Assembly: GCA_002269645.1 (NCBI GenBank)
Contig: NIVC01002655.1
Location: 1 to 64,000 of the forward strand
Direction: 5' to 3'
Source: Macrostomum lignano
Lineage: Eukaryota
Length of the DNA stretch: 64,000 bases
Shown here: positions 11,835 to 25,000 of the stretch, piece by piece
How the letters are laid out: the number at the start of each line of letters is the position of its first letter
How positions within the stretch are numbered: position 1 is the first letter of the stretch
Position numbers and translations under genes: made by a program
Notes under the pieces: generated by a model
Told to the model about the DNA's origin: nothing
Seen by the model: only the letters and a program-made list of their open reading frames with translations
The model's database searches: none

Positions 11835-12607
11835 ACCCAGATCCTCAGTTGCTGGACCACCCAGATCCTCAGTTGCCACCGCTGCCCTCCCAAATCCTCA
11901 GTTGCCAGGCCAGCCTCCCAGATCCTCAGTTGCCAGGCCAGCCTCCCAGATCCTCAGTTGCCACCGCTGCCCTCCCAAATCCTCAGTTGCCAGGCCAGCC
12001 TCCCAAATCCTCAGTTGCTAGGCCGGCCTCCCAGATCCTCAGCTGCTGGGCCAGCCTCCCAGATCCTCAGTTGCTGGGCCAGCCTCCCAGATCCTCAGTT
12101 GCTGGGCCAGCCTCCCAGATCCTCAGTTGCTGGGCCAGCCTCCCAGATCCTCAGTTGCTGGGCCAGCTTCCCAGATCCTCAGTTGCTGGGCCAGCTTCCC
12201 AGATCCTTAGCTGCTGGGCCAGCCTCCCAGATCCTCAGTTGCTGGGCCAGCCTCCCAGATCCTCAGTTGCTGGGCCAGCTTCCCAGATCCTCAGTTGCTG
12301 GGCCAGCTTCCCAGATCCTTAGCTGCTGGGCCAGCCTCCCAGATCCTCAGTTGCTGGGCCAGTCTCCCAGATCCTCAGTTGCTGGGCCAGCCTCCCAAAT
12401 CCTCAGTTGCCAGGCCAGCCTCCCAAATCCTCAGTTGCCAGGCCAGCCTCCCAAATCCTCAGTTGCTAGGCCGGCCTCCCAAATCCTCAGTTGCTAGGCC
12501 GGCCTCCCAGATCCTCAGTTGCTGGGCCAGCTTCCCAGATCTTCAGTTGCTGGGCCAGTCTCCCAGATCCTCAGTTGCTGGGCCAGTCTCCCAGATCCTC
12601 AGTTGCT
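11835..12607 (+). repeat. 28-bp minisatellite
   Basis: CCAGCCTCCCAGATCCTCAGTTGCTGGG units; explains three overlapping repetitive ORFs. Confidence 0.95.
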
Positions 12608-14240
12608 AAGCCACCAACACTATGTCAGATGCCTTAAGATCTAAATTAATGCAGTTATTTTATCTCAACTGTACGAACTGGTGATTTTTTAAATCTTTTT
12701 TGCCTATGTGGTATAATTAAAAGTTTAATAGTTTCGATTGTGAATCGGAAGTCTACTGACAGTAATACAGTAAGTGTTTGTATATATAATATTTTTTCTT
12801 TGCTAAACGGACTATTTTCACAAAAAAGCCACAAATTTTTAACCAGCAGCGCCTTTTGAAGGTACTTACTGAGCTTTTAAAGCTGTCACGCCTTAGGTTA
12901 ATATTTTTCTCTGCTGTCCGCTCTTTCTCAACGCGCTCTGTTTAAGCCTCTTGAAGCGGCATTTTTTGACCAAGAAAAAGTTATCATAAATCAGACAATA
13001 TTTTCAACGCTTATTTTGCGTACATTACTTGGCTTTGTTATATTCAATAAAAAGCCACAAATTCAGTGACAATGTACCTGTCTGGCACCGACGCCAGTTT
13101 TTTATGCGGATTATTTTGGCCAATTATTCGAAATGCCAAATAGGATATGTGCATCGAGTTTGTTCGCGCATTTGCCAATGCTGCTTTCATTACAACAGGT
13201 GGTATTTCGCAGGTATTATCGAATGCCTGCTATTCCTTTGTGTGTTACTCTGTTTCCAAAATATTACTTTTTTGTAAATTTGTAAGTCTGTGTGCTATGC
13301 GCTAATAAGTTCTTTAAGCCAGGTGTTTTAATTTTGTTCCTTTATTTTTCTACTTGTTAAATGGGAACGTGTAAGTTCCTTCTGTTGCCGGTTTGTTATA
13401 GAATCTGTAATTATTTCTTGTTTCAATACCGAAACTGTTCTGTTAGTATTTTCTCTCTGATTTATTAAGAAGTCTCTGCTTTGATCTCGGTGTGGAAATA
13501 TAGTTTACTGACTTACAGGTTTTATTAAAACGTACTAATGCTTTGATTTTTTCCTACTTTTTCATTTGATTGTAGCAATTTATTGCTGTAAAACAAACAA
13601 TTACATGTAGTTTAAATTATATCTAGCTTTTGTATCAAATAACAACTACATTTTAAATTACTACAGCATGCTTCGGTTTGTATTTAGAAATTAAGAAAAT
13701 GTTATAAATCGGCTTGACATAATTCGACGAGTCGCAAAATGAATGTAGGTCAGCAGGCTTGCACCCTTGCACACTTTCACAATCGTAAGGTTTAACAAGT
13801 ACACATTATGGCCAGAAAGAAACGTATATTTGGCCGTCAAATTACTAATTTAAATGTTAATTGTCACTCATTTTAGTGTTATAAGCTTTTACAAGTCAAT
13901 TCTTAAAAATTAAAGTTAACACGGAACAGTAATATTTTTTAACATTAAAACAAAATATACAAATAATATAAAACAAAAGCCTTTTCTTGCTGTTAAACAC
14001 GCCATTTGAAAAATAGACTTAGTTGTTAAAAATACATCTGATGTGTTTTACAAATTGCGCTTATTGCGATAATTTGTGGTCATTTTTAAGAATAAAACGG
14101 AGGATTTGACAGGTTCCAGCCTGCCGCCTGGTAGATCCTGATCTACATGCACACTTGCTAGCCATTTTCAAGTTGACGCTGCCTGACTAATTCGCAGTGT
14201 TAGCAGTCATTTACAAATACCCATCGCAGTTTTCTTTAAA

Positions 14241-16897
14241 ATGTTTGGAAATCCGTTTGGAGAGTTCCAGCAGGATCCCTTCTTTGACTTTGGGTAAGAA
14301 AAATTACACAATTTTTAAATGAATTTCATACATGCATTTTAATTTTCACTACCCAGCCATTTTCTTATATATATGACTGCTGTTTGCTCATATATCCATA
14401 CCATGTGATTTAAACTTGATTATATTTATCGAGGTTTTGTTTTGATACTATATATTACCACTAGTTCAATATCAATATGGGAAACATACAAATTAACAAA
14501 TATAAATCCAATTGAAAGGAAGAAATTAATTGAAGAAACTCATTGTTTTATTAATTCTTTCTAGGCTTCACCTATTGCCTCTTTTGTATTGATACTATAT
14601 ATTACTATAGTATAGTTTAGGCTAGTTAAATCATTAGGGTTTTTTAATTTTTAAGGCAGTAATCTTTGCTCTAGCCTAAATATTAAATTTTTCTTGAAAA
14701 AAAATCCTAAAAATAAAGAGCTGTTTGATTTTAATAACTGTAGATTTCTTTATTTGATACTATAATGATAGGCTATCATTGTTTTTTGAATTAATATACT
14801 TCTCTTGGATGGTTATCAACTTTAATATTTTATCATATGCTTGTATGATAAAAGTTTCAGATAGTATACTAGTAACTTTTTGTGTTTATAATTACAAGTA
14901 GAAGCATTTTAAAGTAGTATCAAATTGTAAAGTAAATTTCTTTTAGAAAAATTATATTTGCCACTTCGTTTTTTATGCTAATAAGGTATCCTAAATGGCT
15001 CTTTTAATGTATTAGCTGACTATTATATATGTATGCTTTTTTACTGAATTGTTTATAGTTTCTCTATAGCTTTATAGATAAAAGAATAACAAAAAAACTT
15101 TCTGGTATGCTTAGATTAGGTTTACTAATAAATCATATTATCCACATGCAATTACCAGTATGCCAATTGCCCTGGGGCTGGGTTTGGGGGGGCAGCCTCT
15201 AAGATGGAGAAATCTGGAAAATGTGTACATGCGTGATGAAAAACACTCTGTGTGAGTGCAGTGGATGCAGTGTACACTCTTTGCTATGTACGTTTCCGTG
15301 TGCCCTGCGAACTGAATAAGTAACTAACTAAACGCTTGAGCACACTATTCTCTTTGAAGTGCCGCCTCGCCGTTTGGCAATCCGCGTCGCCATCACCAGC
15401 ACGCCCTGCGATTCAACAGCCACGCCGCCGGCCGGGCCCGCTCAGTTCCCGGCCACGGCGGCGCCTTCGCCGAGGACTTGCAGCACCAGCAGCGCCGCCA
15501 TCAGCACCGGTCGCAGCGCCGCAACGGCGGCGACGGTGGCGGCGAATGGCCACCAGCGACGAGCTCCGCCCTGGTGCCGCGTGGCCCGTCCACCGGTCGC
15601 GGAGGCGGTCTCGCCCTGCCCGGCTATTCGTTCGGCCTGCCGCAGTTCGATCGATTGTTTGAAGGCGTTGAACGGATGATGTCGGACGCTGGAGAACGAA
15701 TGCTGGCCGCCCAAGAAGCGTCCCAGCGGCCAGACTTCAACGGCCGGGTCTACAGCCATGCCTCGGTGTACGCCTACCGCAGTGATGGGTCTGGGGAGCC
15801 GCAGGTGTACCAGGTATGGCATTGGCTGGCTTGTACGGCTTTGATGTGCCGCCTCAGCCCCGATTCTTTGATTTGCCGCTCACCCCTTCCTTCCTCGACT
15901 CTTTGATGTGCCGCCTCACCCTTCCCTCTCCGACTCATTGATGTGCCGCCTCAGCAGCCCCGACTCTTTGATGTTGATTTTCATTCCAACCAAATTACAT
16001 TATCAATCAAATTACCGCCGCAGGCCGTGTCCGAGTCGCGCGCCGGCCCTGGCGGAGTGCGTGAGACGCGCAAGGCCTTGAAGGACAGCCGCAGCCGGGA
16101 GGAGCGAATCGCCGTTGGGCACCACATCGGCGGCCGCGGGCACACGGTTGAGAGGCGGCGAAACACCGGCACGGGCCAGCAGCAGGAGGACCATCACTAT
16201 GATGGCATTGACGAGAGTGAGTGTTTTTGCCTTCATGTATTCCTTCAATTTAGATTAAAGTAGCGCATAACAGATATAGACAGGAAAGGGATGAAGCGGC
16301 ACATCAAAGAGTCAGGGAGGGAAGGGTGAGGTGGTACATCAAAGAGTCGGAGAGGGAAGGGTGAGGCGTTACATCAAAGAGTCGGAGAGGGAAGGGTGAG
16401 GAGGCTCATTAAAAAATGAGGGAGGGAAGCGTTAGTCGGAACATCAAAGAATCAGGGAGGGAAGGGTGAGGCGGGACATCAAAGAGTCTGGTCTGAGGCG
16501 GCACATCAAAGAGTCAGGGAGGGAAGGGTGAGGCGGCACATCAAAGAGTCGAGGAAGGAAGGGGTGAGCGGCATATCAAAGAATCGGGGCTGAGGCGGCA
16601 CATCAAAGAGTCAGGGAGGGAAGGGTGAGGCGGGACATCAAAGAGTCAGGGAGGGAAGGGTTGAGGCGGCTCATCAAAAAGTCAGGGAGGGAAGGGTTGA
16701 GGCAGCTCATCAAAGAGCCACTCCCCACATCCGCCTACTGAAATCCGCACCCGAATTCCCAAGGCGAGGGCCAGCAGTTTGACCGCGAATGGGACAGGCG
16801 TGCTGCTCGCATCGCCTTTAAAGGCGGCGCCGGCGGAGGCGGCCTCCGAGACGGTCGCTCTCGGCACCATCGGGCCATCACGGACGGCAGGCATTGA
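14241..16897 (+). CDS. MLF: Myeloid leukemia factor (MLF1/MLF2 family), about 277 aa, 4 exons
   Basis: Exons 14241-14293, 15360-15813, 16024-16216, 16764-16897, phases compatible. Motifs MFGNPF..DPFF, YSHASVYAYRSDGSGEPQVYQ, GPGGVRETRKALKDSRS..IAVGHHIG, and FDREW. AATAAA near 17020. Confidence 0.92.
15839..15975 (-). repeat. Minisatellite units in MLF intron 2, inverted relative to intron 3
   Basis: CTTTGATGTGCCGCCTCA... units, the reverse complement of the 16290-16715 array. Confidence 0.9.
16290..16715 (+). repeat. About 35-bp minisatellite in MLF intron 3
   Basis: GCACATCAAAGAGTCAGGGAGGGAAGGGTGAGGCG units with variants. Confidence 0.92.
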
Positions 16898-17332
16898 AAG
16901 TATCAAGACTGTGCGGCATCTGCTGAACCTGAGGTCCTCTGGATGGATAAAATACCCTCTGCCTGCTTAGTTTTAGCAGCAACACATTTAATATTAATAT
17001 TAGTGCAATATTATTTATTAATAAATGAATAGTTGTCTTGCAGATCTTCGCTTCTTCGTCCATTTCCGTTTGGTCTTTATATCGATACGTCAGCCGAAAC
17101 GCACCAGAAAGAACTTTTTTGTTATATTTTTGGCCTCAACCGCAGTGCTTGCTTCTAGAGCATTCTTTGAATACGCCGGCGTTCTACTATGCTTTGCTAT
17201 GAAAGCAAATCAATAATACTTTCTACGTCTTTTCTGGCTTATTTTTGTTAGCCTGCTTCTTGTTTTGAATTGCTGATTTTCATTTGTGACGAGCAGTTTT
17301 TCATCAGCTTTGTTTATTTAATTGGGGTTTCA

Positions 17333-17812
17333 TGATCCTTCAGTGAGTGCATCCCATGCCCCCCACTGATCCTTCAGTGAGTGCATCCCATACCCCCACT
17401 GATCCTTCAGTGAGTGCATCCCATACCCCCACTGATCCTTCAGTGAGTGCATCCCATACCCCCACTGATCCTTCAGTGAGAGCATCCCATACCCCACTGA
17501 TCCTTCAGTGAGAGCATCCCATACCCCCACTGATCCTTCAGTGATTGCATCCAATACCCCTCACTGATCCTTCAGTGCATCCAATACCCCCACTGATCCT
17601 TCAGTGAGTGCATCCCATACCCCCACTGATCCTTCAGTGAGTGCATCCCATACCCCCACTGATCCTTCAGTGAGTGCATCCCATACCCCCACTGATCCTT
17701 CAGTGAGTGCATCCCATACCCCCACTGATCCTTCAGTGAGTGCATCCCATACCCCCCACTGATCCTTCAGTGAGTGCATCCCATACCCCTCACTGATCCT
17801 TCAGTGCATCCA
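17333..17812 (+). repeat. 33-bp minisatellite
   Basis: GATCCTTCAGTGAGTGCATCCCATACCCCCACT units. Confidence 0.95.
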
Positions 17813-18407
17813 ATCCCGCAATTTCGTTCGCAACTCCGCAGCGTACAGTTCTGCCTTTACCACGAATGAAGCCACTGATGCGCGCTTCTTATGGCTGTCC
17901 CTCCTCTCTCCTAGTAGAAGAAAAGCCTGCTGCCTGCCTGCCCTGGTCGATTTCGAATTTGCGTGGGTGGCTGGGCCGGAATGGGGAGCCGCTTCCTGCC
18001 CCTTTCCCGGGATGCTTTTAGGCATAATCCTCTGTTTCCCCGGTCAGTTTTGGAAATCCTCTACCTCTCCGCCTTCAGTTCGGTAATGCCCCAAACGGTA
18101 GGGAGGTGCAGTCGCAGGCTTCAGCCAACTGCAAGCACCTGTTTCATTTTTATGATATGGTAATGTCAAATTTCTTTCCACCTCAACTTATGAGGCTGGG
18201 TTTTATTGCCGTCAGTATATAAACCACTTCTGTACATATAGGTGCACATGTAGCAGGTTAATAGTAAAATGCATATGTATGTCATATACTTTTTTGGACA
18301 AATAAGTTACCGTCTACTGGTAAGTATTTTAGTAGTGTGTGCAGCATGTTTTGGATTTTTTCAAGAAATTATGTTGATGGTTGTTGAATCGATGAACTCG
18401 ATCCTTT

Positions 18408-20275
18408 ATCTCTCTCAGTACTCTCTCTCCATCTCTCTCAGTACTCTCTCTCCATCTCTCTCAATACTCTCTCTCTCCATCTCTCTCAGTACTCTCTCTC
18501 CATCTCTCTCAGTACTCTCTCTCCATCTCTCTCAGTACTCTCTCTCTCCATCTCTCTCAGTACTCTCTCTCCATCTCTCTCAGTACTCTCTCTCCATCTC
18601 TCTCAGTACTCTCTCCCCATCTCTCTCAGTACTCTCTCTCCATCTCTCTCAGTACTCTCTCTCCATCTCTCTCGTACTCTCTCTCCATCTCTCTCAGTAC
18701 TCTCTCCATCTCTCTCAGTACTCTCTCTCTCCATCTCTCTCAGTACTCTCTCTCCATCTCTCTCAGTACTCTCTCTCCATCTCTCTCAGTACTCTCTCCC
18801 CATCTCTCTCAGTACTCTCTCTCCATCTCTCTCAGTACTCTCTCTCCATCTCTCTCGGTACTCTCTCTCCATCTCTCTCAGTACTCTCTCCATCTCTCTC
18901 AGTACTCTCTCCATCTCTCTCAGTACTCTCTCTCTCCATCTCTCTCAGTACTCTCTCTCCATCTCTCTCAGTACTCTCTCTCCATCTCTCTCAGTACTCT
19001 CTCTCCATCTCTCTCAGTACTCTCTCTCCATCTCTCTCAGTACTCTCTCTCCATCTCTCTCAGTACTCTCTCCCCATCTCTCTCAGTACTCTCTCTCCAT
19101 CTCTCTCAGTACTCTCTCTCCATCTCTCTCGGTACTCCCTCTCCATCTCTCTCAGTACTCTCTCCATCTCTCTCAGTACTCTCTCTCTCTCCCTCTCTCT
19201 CAGTACTCTCTCTCTCTCCATCTCTCTCAGTACTCTCTCTCTCCATCTCTCTCAGTACTCTCTCTCCATCTCTCTCAGTACTCTCTCTCTCCCCATCTCT
19301 TTCAGTACTCTCTCTCCATCTCTCTCAGTACTCTCTCCCCATCTCTCTCAGTACTCTCTCTCCATCTCTCTCAGTACTCTCTCCCCATCTCTCTCAGTAC
19401 TCTCTCTCCATCTCTCTCAGTACTCTCTCTCCATCTCTCTCGGTACTCCCTCTCCATCTCTCTCAGTACTCTCTCCATCTCTCTCAGTACTCTCTCTCCC
19501 TTTCTCTCTCAATACTCTCTCTCCATCTCTCTCAGTACTCTCTCTCCCTCTCTCTCAGTACTCTCTCTCTCTCCATCTCTCTCAGTACTCTCTCTCTCCA
19601 TCTCTCTCAGTACTCTCTCTCCATCTCTCTCAGTACTCTCTCTCTCCCCATCTCTTTCAGTACTCTCTCTCCATCTCTCTCAGTACTCTCTCTCCATCTC
19701 TCTCAGTACTCTCTCCCCATCTCTCTCAGTACTCTCTCCCCATCTCTCTCAGTACTCTCTCCCCATCTCTCTCAGTACTCTCTCTCCATCTCTCTCAGTA
19801 CTCTCTCTCCATCTCTCTCGGTACTCCCTCTCCATCTCTCTCAGTACTCTCTCCATCTCTCTCAGTACTCTCTCTCCCTTTCTCTCTCAATACTCTCTCT
19901 CCATCTCTCTCAGTACTCTCTCTCCATCTCTCTCAGTACTCTCTCCATCTCTCTCAGTACTCTCTCTCCATCTCTCTCAGTACTCTCTCTCTATCTCTCT
20001 CAATACTCTCTCCATCTCTCTCAGTACTCTCTCCATCTCTCAACTCTCCCCATCTCTGTCTCCTCTCTCTCTCCCCCTCTCTCTCTCTTTCCATCTCTCC
20101 CTCTCTTTCAACTCTCTCTACCTCTATCCTCTCTTCACCTCTCCACATCCCCTCTCTATCTCCCTCTATCCATTTCTTTGTCTATCCCCATATCAATCCC
20201 CAATCTTTTACCTCCTTCTCCCATTTCCTTTTTACTCTTTTCTCTCTCTCTCTGGCTCCATCTCTCTCCTCAAGC
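18408..20275 (+). repeat. CT-rich compound microsatellite/minisatellite
   Basis: CTCTCTCAGTACTCTCTCTCCAT-type units followed by a pyrimidine tract; explains the 675-aa ORF. Confidence 0.95.
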
Positions 20276-20683
20276 ATCCATGGCACAAACAAATAGTGTA
20301 GAAATGTCACATCGGAAAGACGCCCCCCCCCCAAGGGCGCAGTCGACCTTCTCTCCCTGCAGGAGAGAAAAGCGCCTGGCCAAATGCCCTGTTTCTGCCC
20401 ATTCGCGTACGCAAGCTTCTGAGCAGCACTGGGCGCAGAGGCAGAGAGGTCAGTCAGCTGTACAGCTCTCCGGTACTGGAGCTGGGGTTGGCACCCTATA
20501 GGTTGGCAGCCTGTAAAAATGAATTGCAACTCTGGCGGCATGTCGCCTATAGGAGACTGCATGGCTGCATGTATTTAGACACTGTTTTTAAATCTTAGTA
20601 TTCTGAAATAAAGATTAATTTTTCTCCTAAATCTGCCAACAAATATTATAGAAAACTTGTAATGGGATATTTATCCCCAACAG

Positions 20684-20919
20684 TGGAAAGTTACCTGCAG
20701 TCGGCAGGGCTGCACCTGGCCCTGTTTGTGGTGTGCTGCCTGGTGTGCTACTACTGGACCGAGATTTCCGCAGCACCTGGCCGCCTGCTGGAGTCGCTGC
20801 TGCAGCGGGGACTGCGCAAGACTGTGCTGGGGCCGCTGTACTTCTATCTGCACATGTTGCAGCATTTCGGCAGCGAGTGCCCGCACAACAGAGCTGAGCA
20901 GCCCGTCAATTCAAATTGA
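20684..20919 (+). CDS. Putative terminal exon of a small membrane protein, family not recognised
   Basis: GC-rich island after the acceptor ccccaacag, open frame ESYLQSAGLHLALFVVCCLVCYYWTE...* with one hydrophobic segment. A phase-compatible upstream exon is possible at 20363-20472. Confidence 0.4.
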
Positions 20920-22067
20920 CTGTTTTGGAGTCTCCCCAGTCTGCATGACTGTGTAATTGTGGCGACCGACTCACAAACATCCACAAAAATATTTTTCACA
21001 ACTATACTGCCAAATTATAAAGCAATACTTTTAATTTATTTCGTTTCACTAATCATCAATATTATTTTGCTTGTATTTGGTCAGGTTCTGTTTACATTTT
21101 CCCATTCCCAGCTTTCATTTCTCTATCTGAGGTCTACAAACACTTCACTGCCGATCCTAACCCTAAATCAGAAACCGCAACCCTCCTGAAACTTTGTGCA
21201 GAAACTCTAAATATACATTGCGCTTATTCTACCTAATATAGACTTTATCACCTGGTCACTCAACAGTAAAAATGCTGCAAACTATTTATGTTCGTAAACT
21301 ATTTTAGAAACTGTCCATTCATTTATGAAAGAAAACTTGATGAATTTTGTAAAACGAGACTGTTTTGACGGGTCTAGCTTTCTCGGATCGAGCAGCGATA
21401 TTTTGTCACACGCTGAAAACTTAAAACAGACATAGCTGGATGTACTCCACTATGTACATGCTTGGGATGAAAGCGGGATAATGTGCTTCTCCCCTAACCA
21501 ACCACACATGCAGTTGCTAAACGTGCAGTGCGGACAGGATTAGAAGAGAGAGAGGGGGGGGGAGAAGGGAGAGACAGGGAACAGCGAGGAAGAACGGAGA
21601 TTAAGGGCGTGCCAGGCCTCCCAGTTAAATGCTTGTGGAATCCATAAACTCCCAATGCAGCTACGGCCCCGGGGTACAAAGCGTGCCTCCCGCGCTGCCC
21701 CTGCCCGGCTATTCATTTTGGTTCCGCTTATCGCCCACTGCGTCCCCAATTTTAATCCATACCGCGTTGTCCCCCCCAAAAAATCAATAAAATAGAGGGG
21801 TAAATGCAAGCATTAGCCACCTGTTTTAATCCGGCTATTAACTGTACAGGTGAGTGTTTGTCTCCTTTTGTGACTTTCAGTAGTTTTAACACTTCGAAAA
21901 TTATGAATAACTTAATCATTTGTAGGCCGAATTCCAATTATAACTACAATACATTAACTAGATAGGACTGTCCAGATATTCCACCACGAACTTTGGTCGA
22001 ATTCAATTTCTTAGAAATTCTTGAAATTGGATAGAAGTGCATTTTATCACCCAGGTGAGTGGAAGCC

Positions 22068-25000
22068 ATGACGTCTTCAGCCGCTGCGACCTCCGCTAAG
22101 CCTGAAGAAATTCTCGCAGCCGTTCGTTCGGACAATCCGGACAGATTGGCCGAGCTCCTGGACGTTGCTGATGCTGGTTCGACTCGTCTCAAACTTCTGA
22201 ATGCAGCCGTTGAAGCCTCGGCCGCCGGTGCCGCTCGCCTCCTACTGGAGGACGAGCTCGAGCGGTGCCAGCAGTTGCCGGAGCCGCTGGTCTCCCTGGC
22301 GGTGCAGAGCCCCAGCCTGGCCAGCTGGGCTCTCCTGGCCGCGGCCAGGGCCGGCCGGCTGGACGCTCTTGAGCAGCTGCTCAGCGCCGAGCTGCCCGAA
22401 CAGGCTGATGCCTCGCTGTGGCGCCAGCTGTCCGGCTGTCTGGCCAAGCGCCACCCGGACACGATGCTCGACGCCATCGCCGGCGGCCGGTGCCCGCGGC
22501 TGCTCGGCCGGCTGCTGCCGGAAGCCATCGAGGCGGACGACGCCGACCTGCCGCTGCTGTCCGCCGCTGAACGGCAGGCGTTGGAGGCGGACGCGTCCGA
22601 GTTGCTTCCAGCCCGACTCCGGCCGCTGCTGCTCCGAGCCGAGCCGACGCAATCGGACAGCCGGGCTCTGGCCAGAGCGGCCGTGGCTTCAGGCAGCGCG
22701 GAACTCGTCCGCCACCTGCTGCGCCTCGGGCAGCTCCGTTCGGAGCACCTGGTCGAGCACCGGCCGGACGAACTGGTGCCGTTCGGCCACCTGGAGCTGG
22801 CCGGCGAGATGCTGCTGCTGCCACGTCCAGACCTTCTGCACTGCTGCCTGAACCTCCGGGCCGCCTGTGAGAATCAACTGAAGCGCCTCCCGCCAGCTGC
22901 CTCGCCGCTGCTGTCGCAGTCTCGTCATCAGGATGACAGCAGGCGTCGCCAAGTTGTCGCCATGTCGCCCGAAAGTCTCTGTGAGCTGCGCGACTTCGCC
23001 GAGCTGGTCTGCCTGAACGCCGTGGACCAGATCTACGCCACCTGCCCGCCGTCCTGCCAGCCGCTCGTCCACCACCACCTGCTGCGGCCGCCACCGTCAG
23101 GAGTCGGCGCCTGCCTCGCCAAGAAGTCGCCGGAGAGCTTCTTTGCCACGCGCTGCTTTGTTGAGCTGGTTGACCGGCGCTGGCGCCGAAGCGCCTACCC
23201 CAGCTCGCCGGGGCGCCGGTGCTCGAACCTGGCCTCGCCCAGGGAGAAGTTCCTGCTGCACGCCGCCGCCCTGCTGGTCTTCATGGCTCTGCACGCCTTC
23301 TACATCATCCAGCTGGACTCGCGATGGCGGTGGACCGACTCCCTCATGGTTGTCTACTTCATCAGCTACAGCCTGCAGGAGCTGCACGAGCTGCTTAGGA
23401 CTGGCAAACAGTACTTCAATATCTGGAACCTCATCGACCAGCTGCAGTTGCTGTTCCACCTGCTGGGTCTGGCCTTCAAGACCGCCTTGGTAGCCGGGGC
23501 AGCCGATGCAGGCCAGCTGCTGTACGTCTGCAGGCTCCTGCTAGGCGTATCGTTCATGTTCTGCGGCCTGAAATTTGTGCTGAAACTGCGCGCCTATCAA
23601 AAATTCGGCCCGTTCATCAACATGATGAAGGCGCTGTTCTGGGCGGATCTGCTGCCCTTCCTTGTTGCCATGTTTCTCTTTCTGGTGATCTGCAGCGGGG
23701 TCTTCTTTCACGCTCTGCTGACGCCGGGAAATCAGGTGGGATGCCATTTTCTGACCAGTGGTGCGATGCTCTACTACAGAAATTTGGGTTGTATTACCGC
23801 AGACAGCGGAGTTTTCCACCATAGACAGTGGGATTTTACTACAGACAGTGGAGGTATTACTGTGGATTGTGTGGTTTTGCCATAGACAGTGAGGTTTTAC
23901 TGCAGATAGTGTGGTTTTTGCTAGAGACAGTAGGGTTTGACTACAGACAGTGGAGTTTGACTACAGACAGTGGAGTTTGACTACAGACAGTGGGGTTTGA
24001 CTACAGACAGTGGAGTTTGACTACAGACAGTGGGGTTTGACTACAGACAGTGGGGTTTGACTACAGCCAGTGGGGTTTGACTACAGACAGTGGAGTTTGA
24101 CTACAGACAGTGGGGTTTGACTACAGACAGTGGGGTTTGACTACAGACAGTGGGGTTTGACTACAGACAGTGGAGTTTGACTACAGACAGTGGAGTTTGA
24201 CTACAGACAGTGGAGTTTGACTACAGACAGTGGGGTTTGACTACAGACAGTGGGGTTTGACTACAGACAGTGGGGTTTGACTACAGACAGTGGAGTTTGA
24301 CTACAGACAGTGGGGTTTGACTACAGACAGTGGGGTTTGACTACAGACAGTGGGGTTTGACTACAGACAGTGGGGTTTGACTACAGACAGTGGGGTTTAA
24401 CTACAGACAGTGGAGTTTGACTACAGACAGTGGGGTTTGACTACAGACAGTGAGGTTTGACTACAGACAGTGAGGTTTGACTACAGACAGTGGGGTTTAA
24501 CTACAGACAGTGGAGTTTGACTACAGACAGTGGGGTTTGACTACAGACAGTGAGGTTTGACTACAGACAGTGGGTTTGACTACAGACAGTGGGGTTTGAC
24601 TACAGACAGTAGGGTTTATATTGTTTACAGTGTTTACAGTGGTTATAGTATCTGTGGTCGAGACTATCGAAATTAATCCATCGATTTTTTAGACTAAATT
24701 TGTACAAATTTAGGGCATTTAGGGCGTCGTGCGTACGAGCTGCAAGTTTGGTCTAAAAAATCAATGAGAATTCTTTTTGAGTGTCGCTTCCTGAGCGCCC
24801 AACTTAAGGCGCCATTTTTGAGAGATTCAACGTTGTCTATGGTCCAAACTGATACACTTCTTGAAGAGGAGAAAGATAATCAGAAAGAAACTCCAAGATG
24901 ATAAGCCGCACCATGAAGAGAGCCGTAGAGATCACTGTTGCAGAAAATCCTCGAGTCATGAACGGACCCAGTCCACTGCACAGTTTACGTCAAGAAAGGT

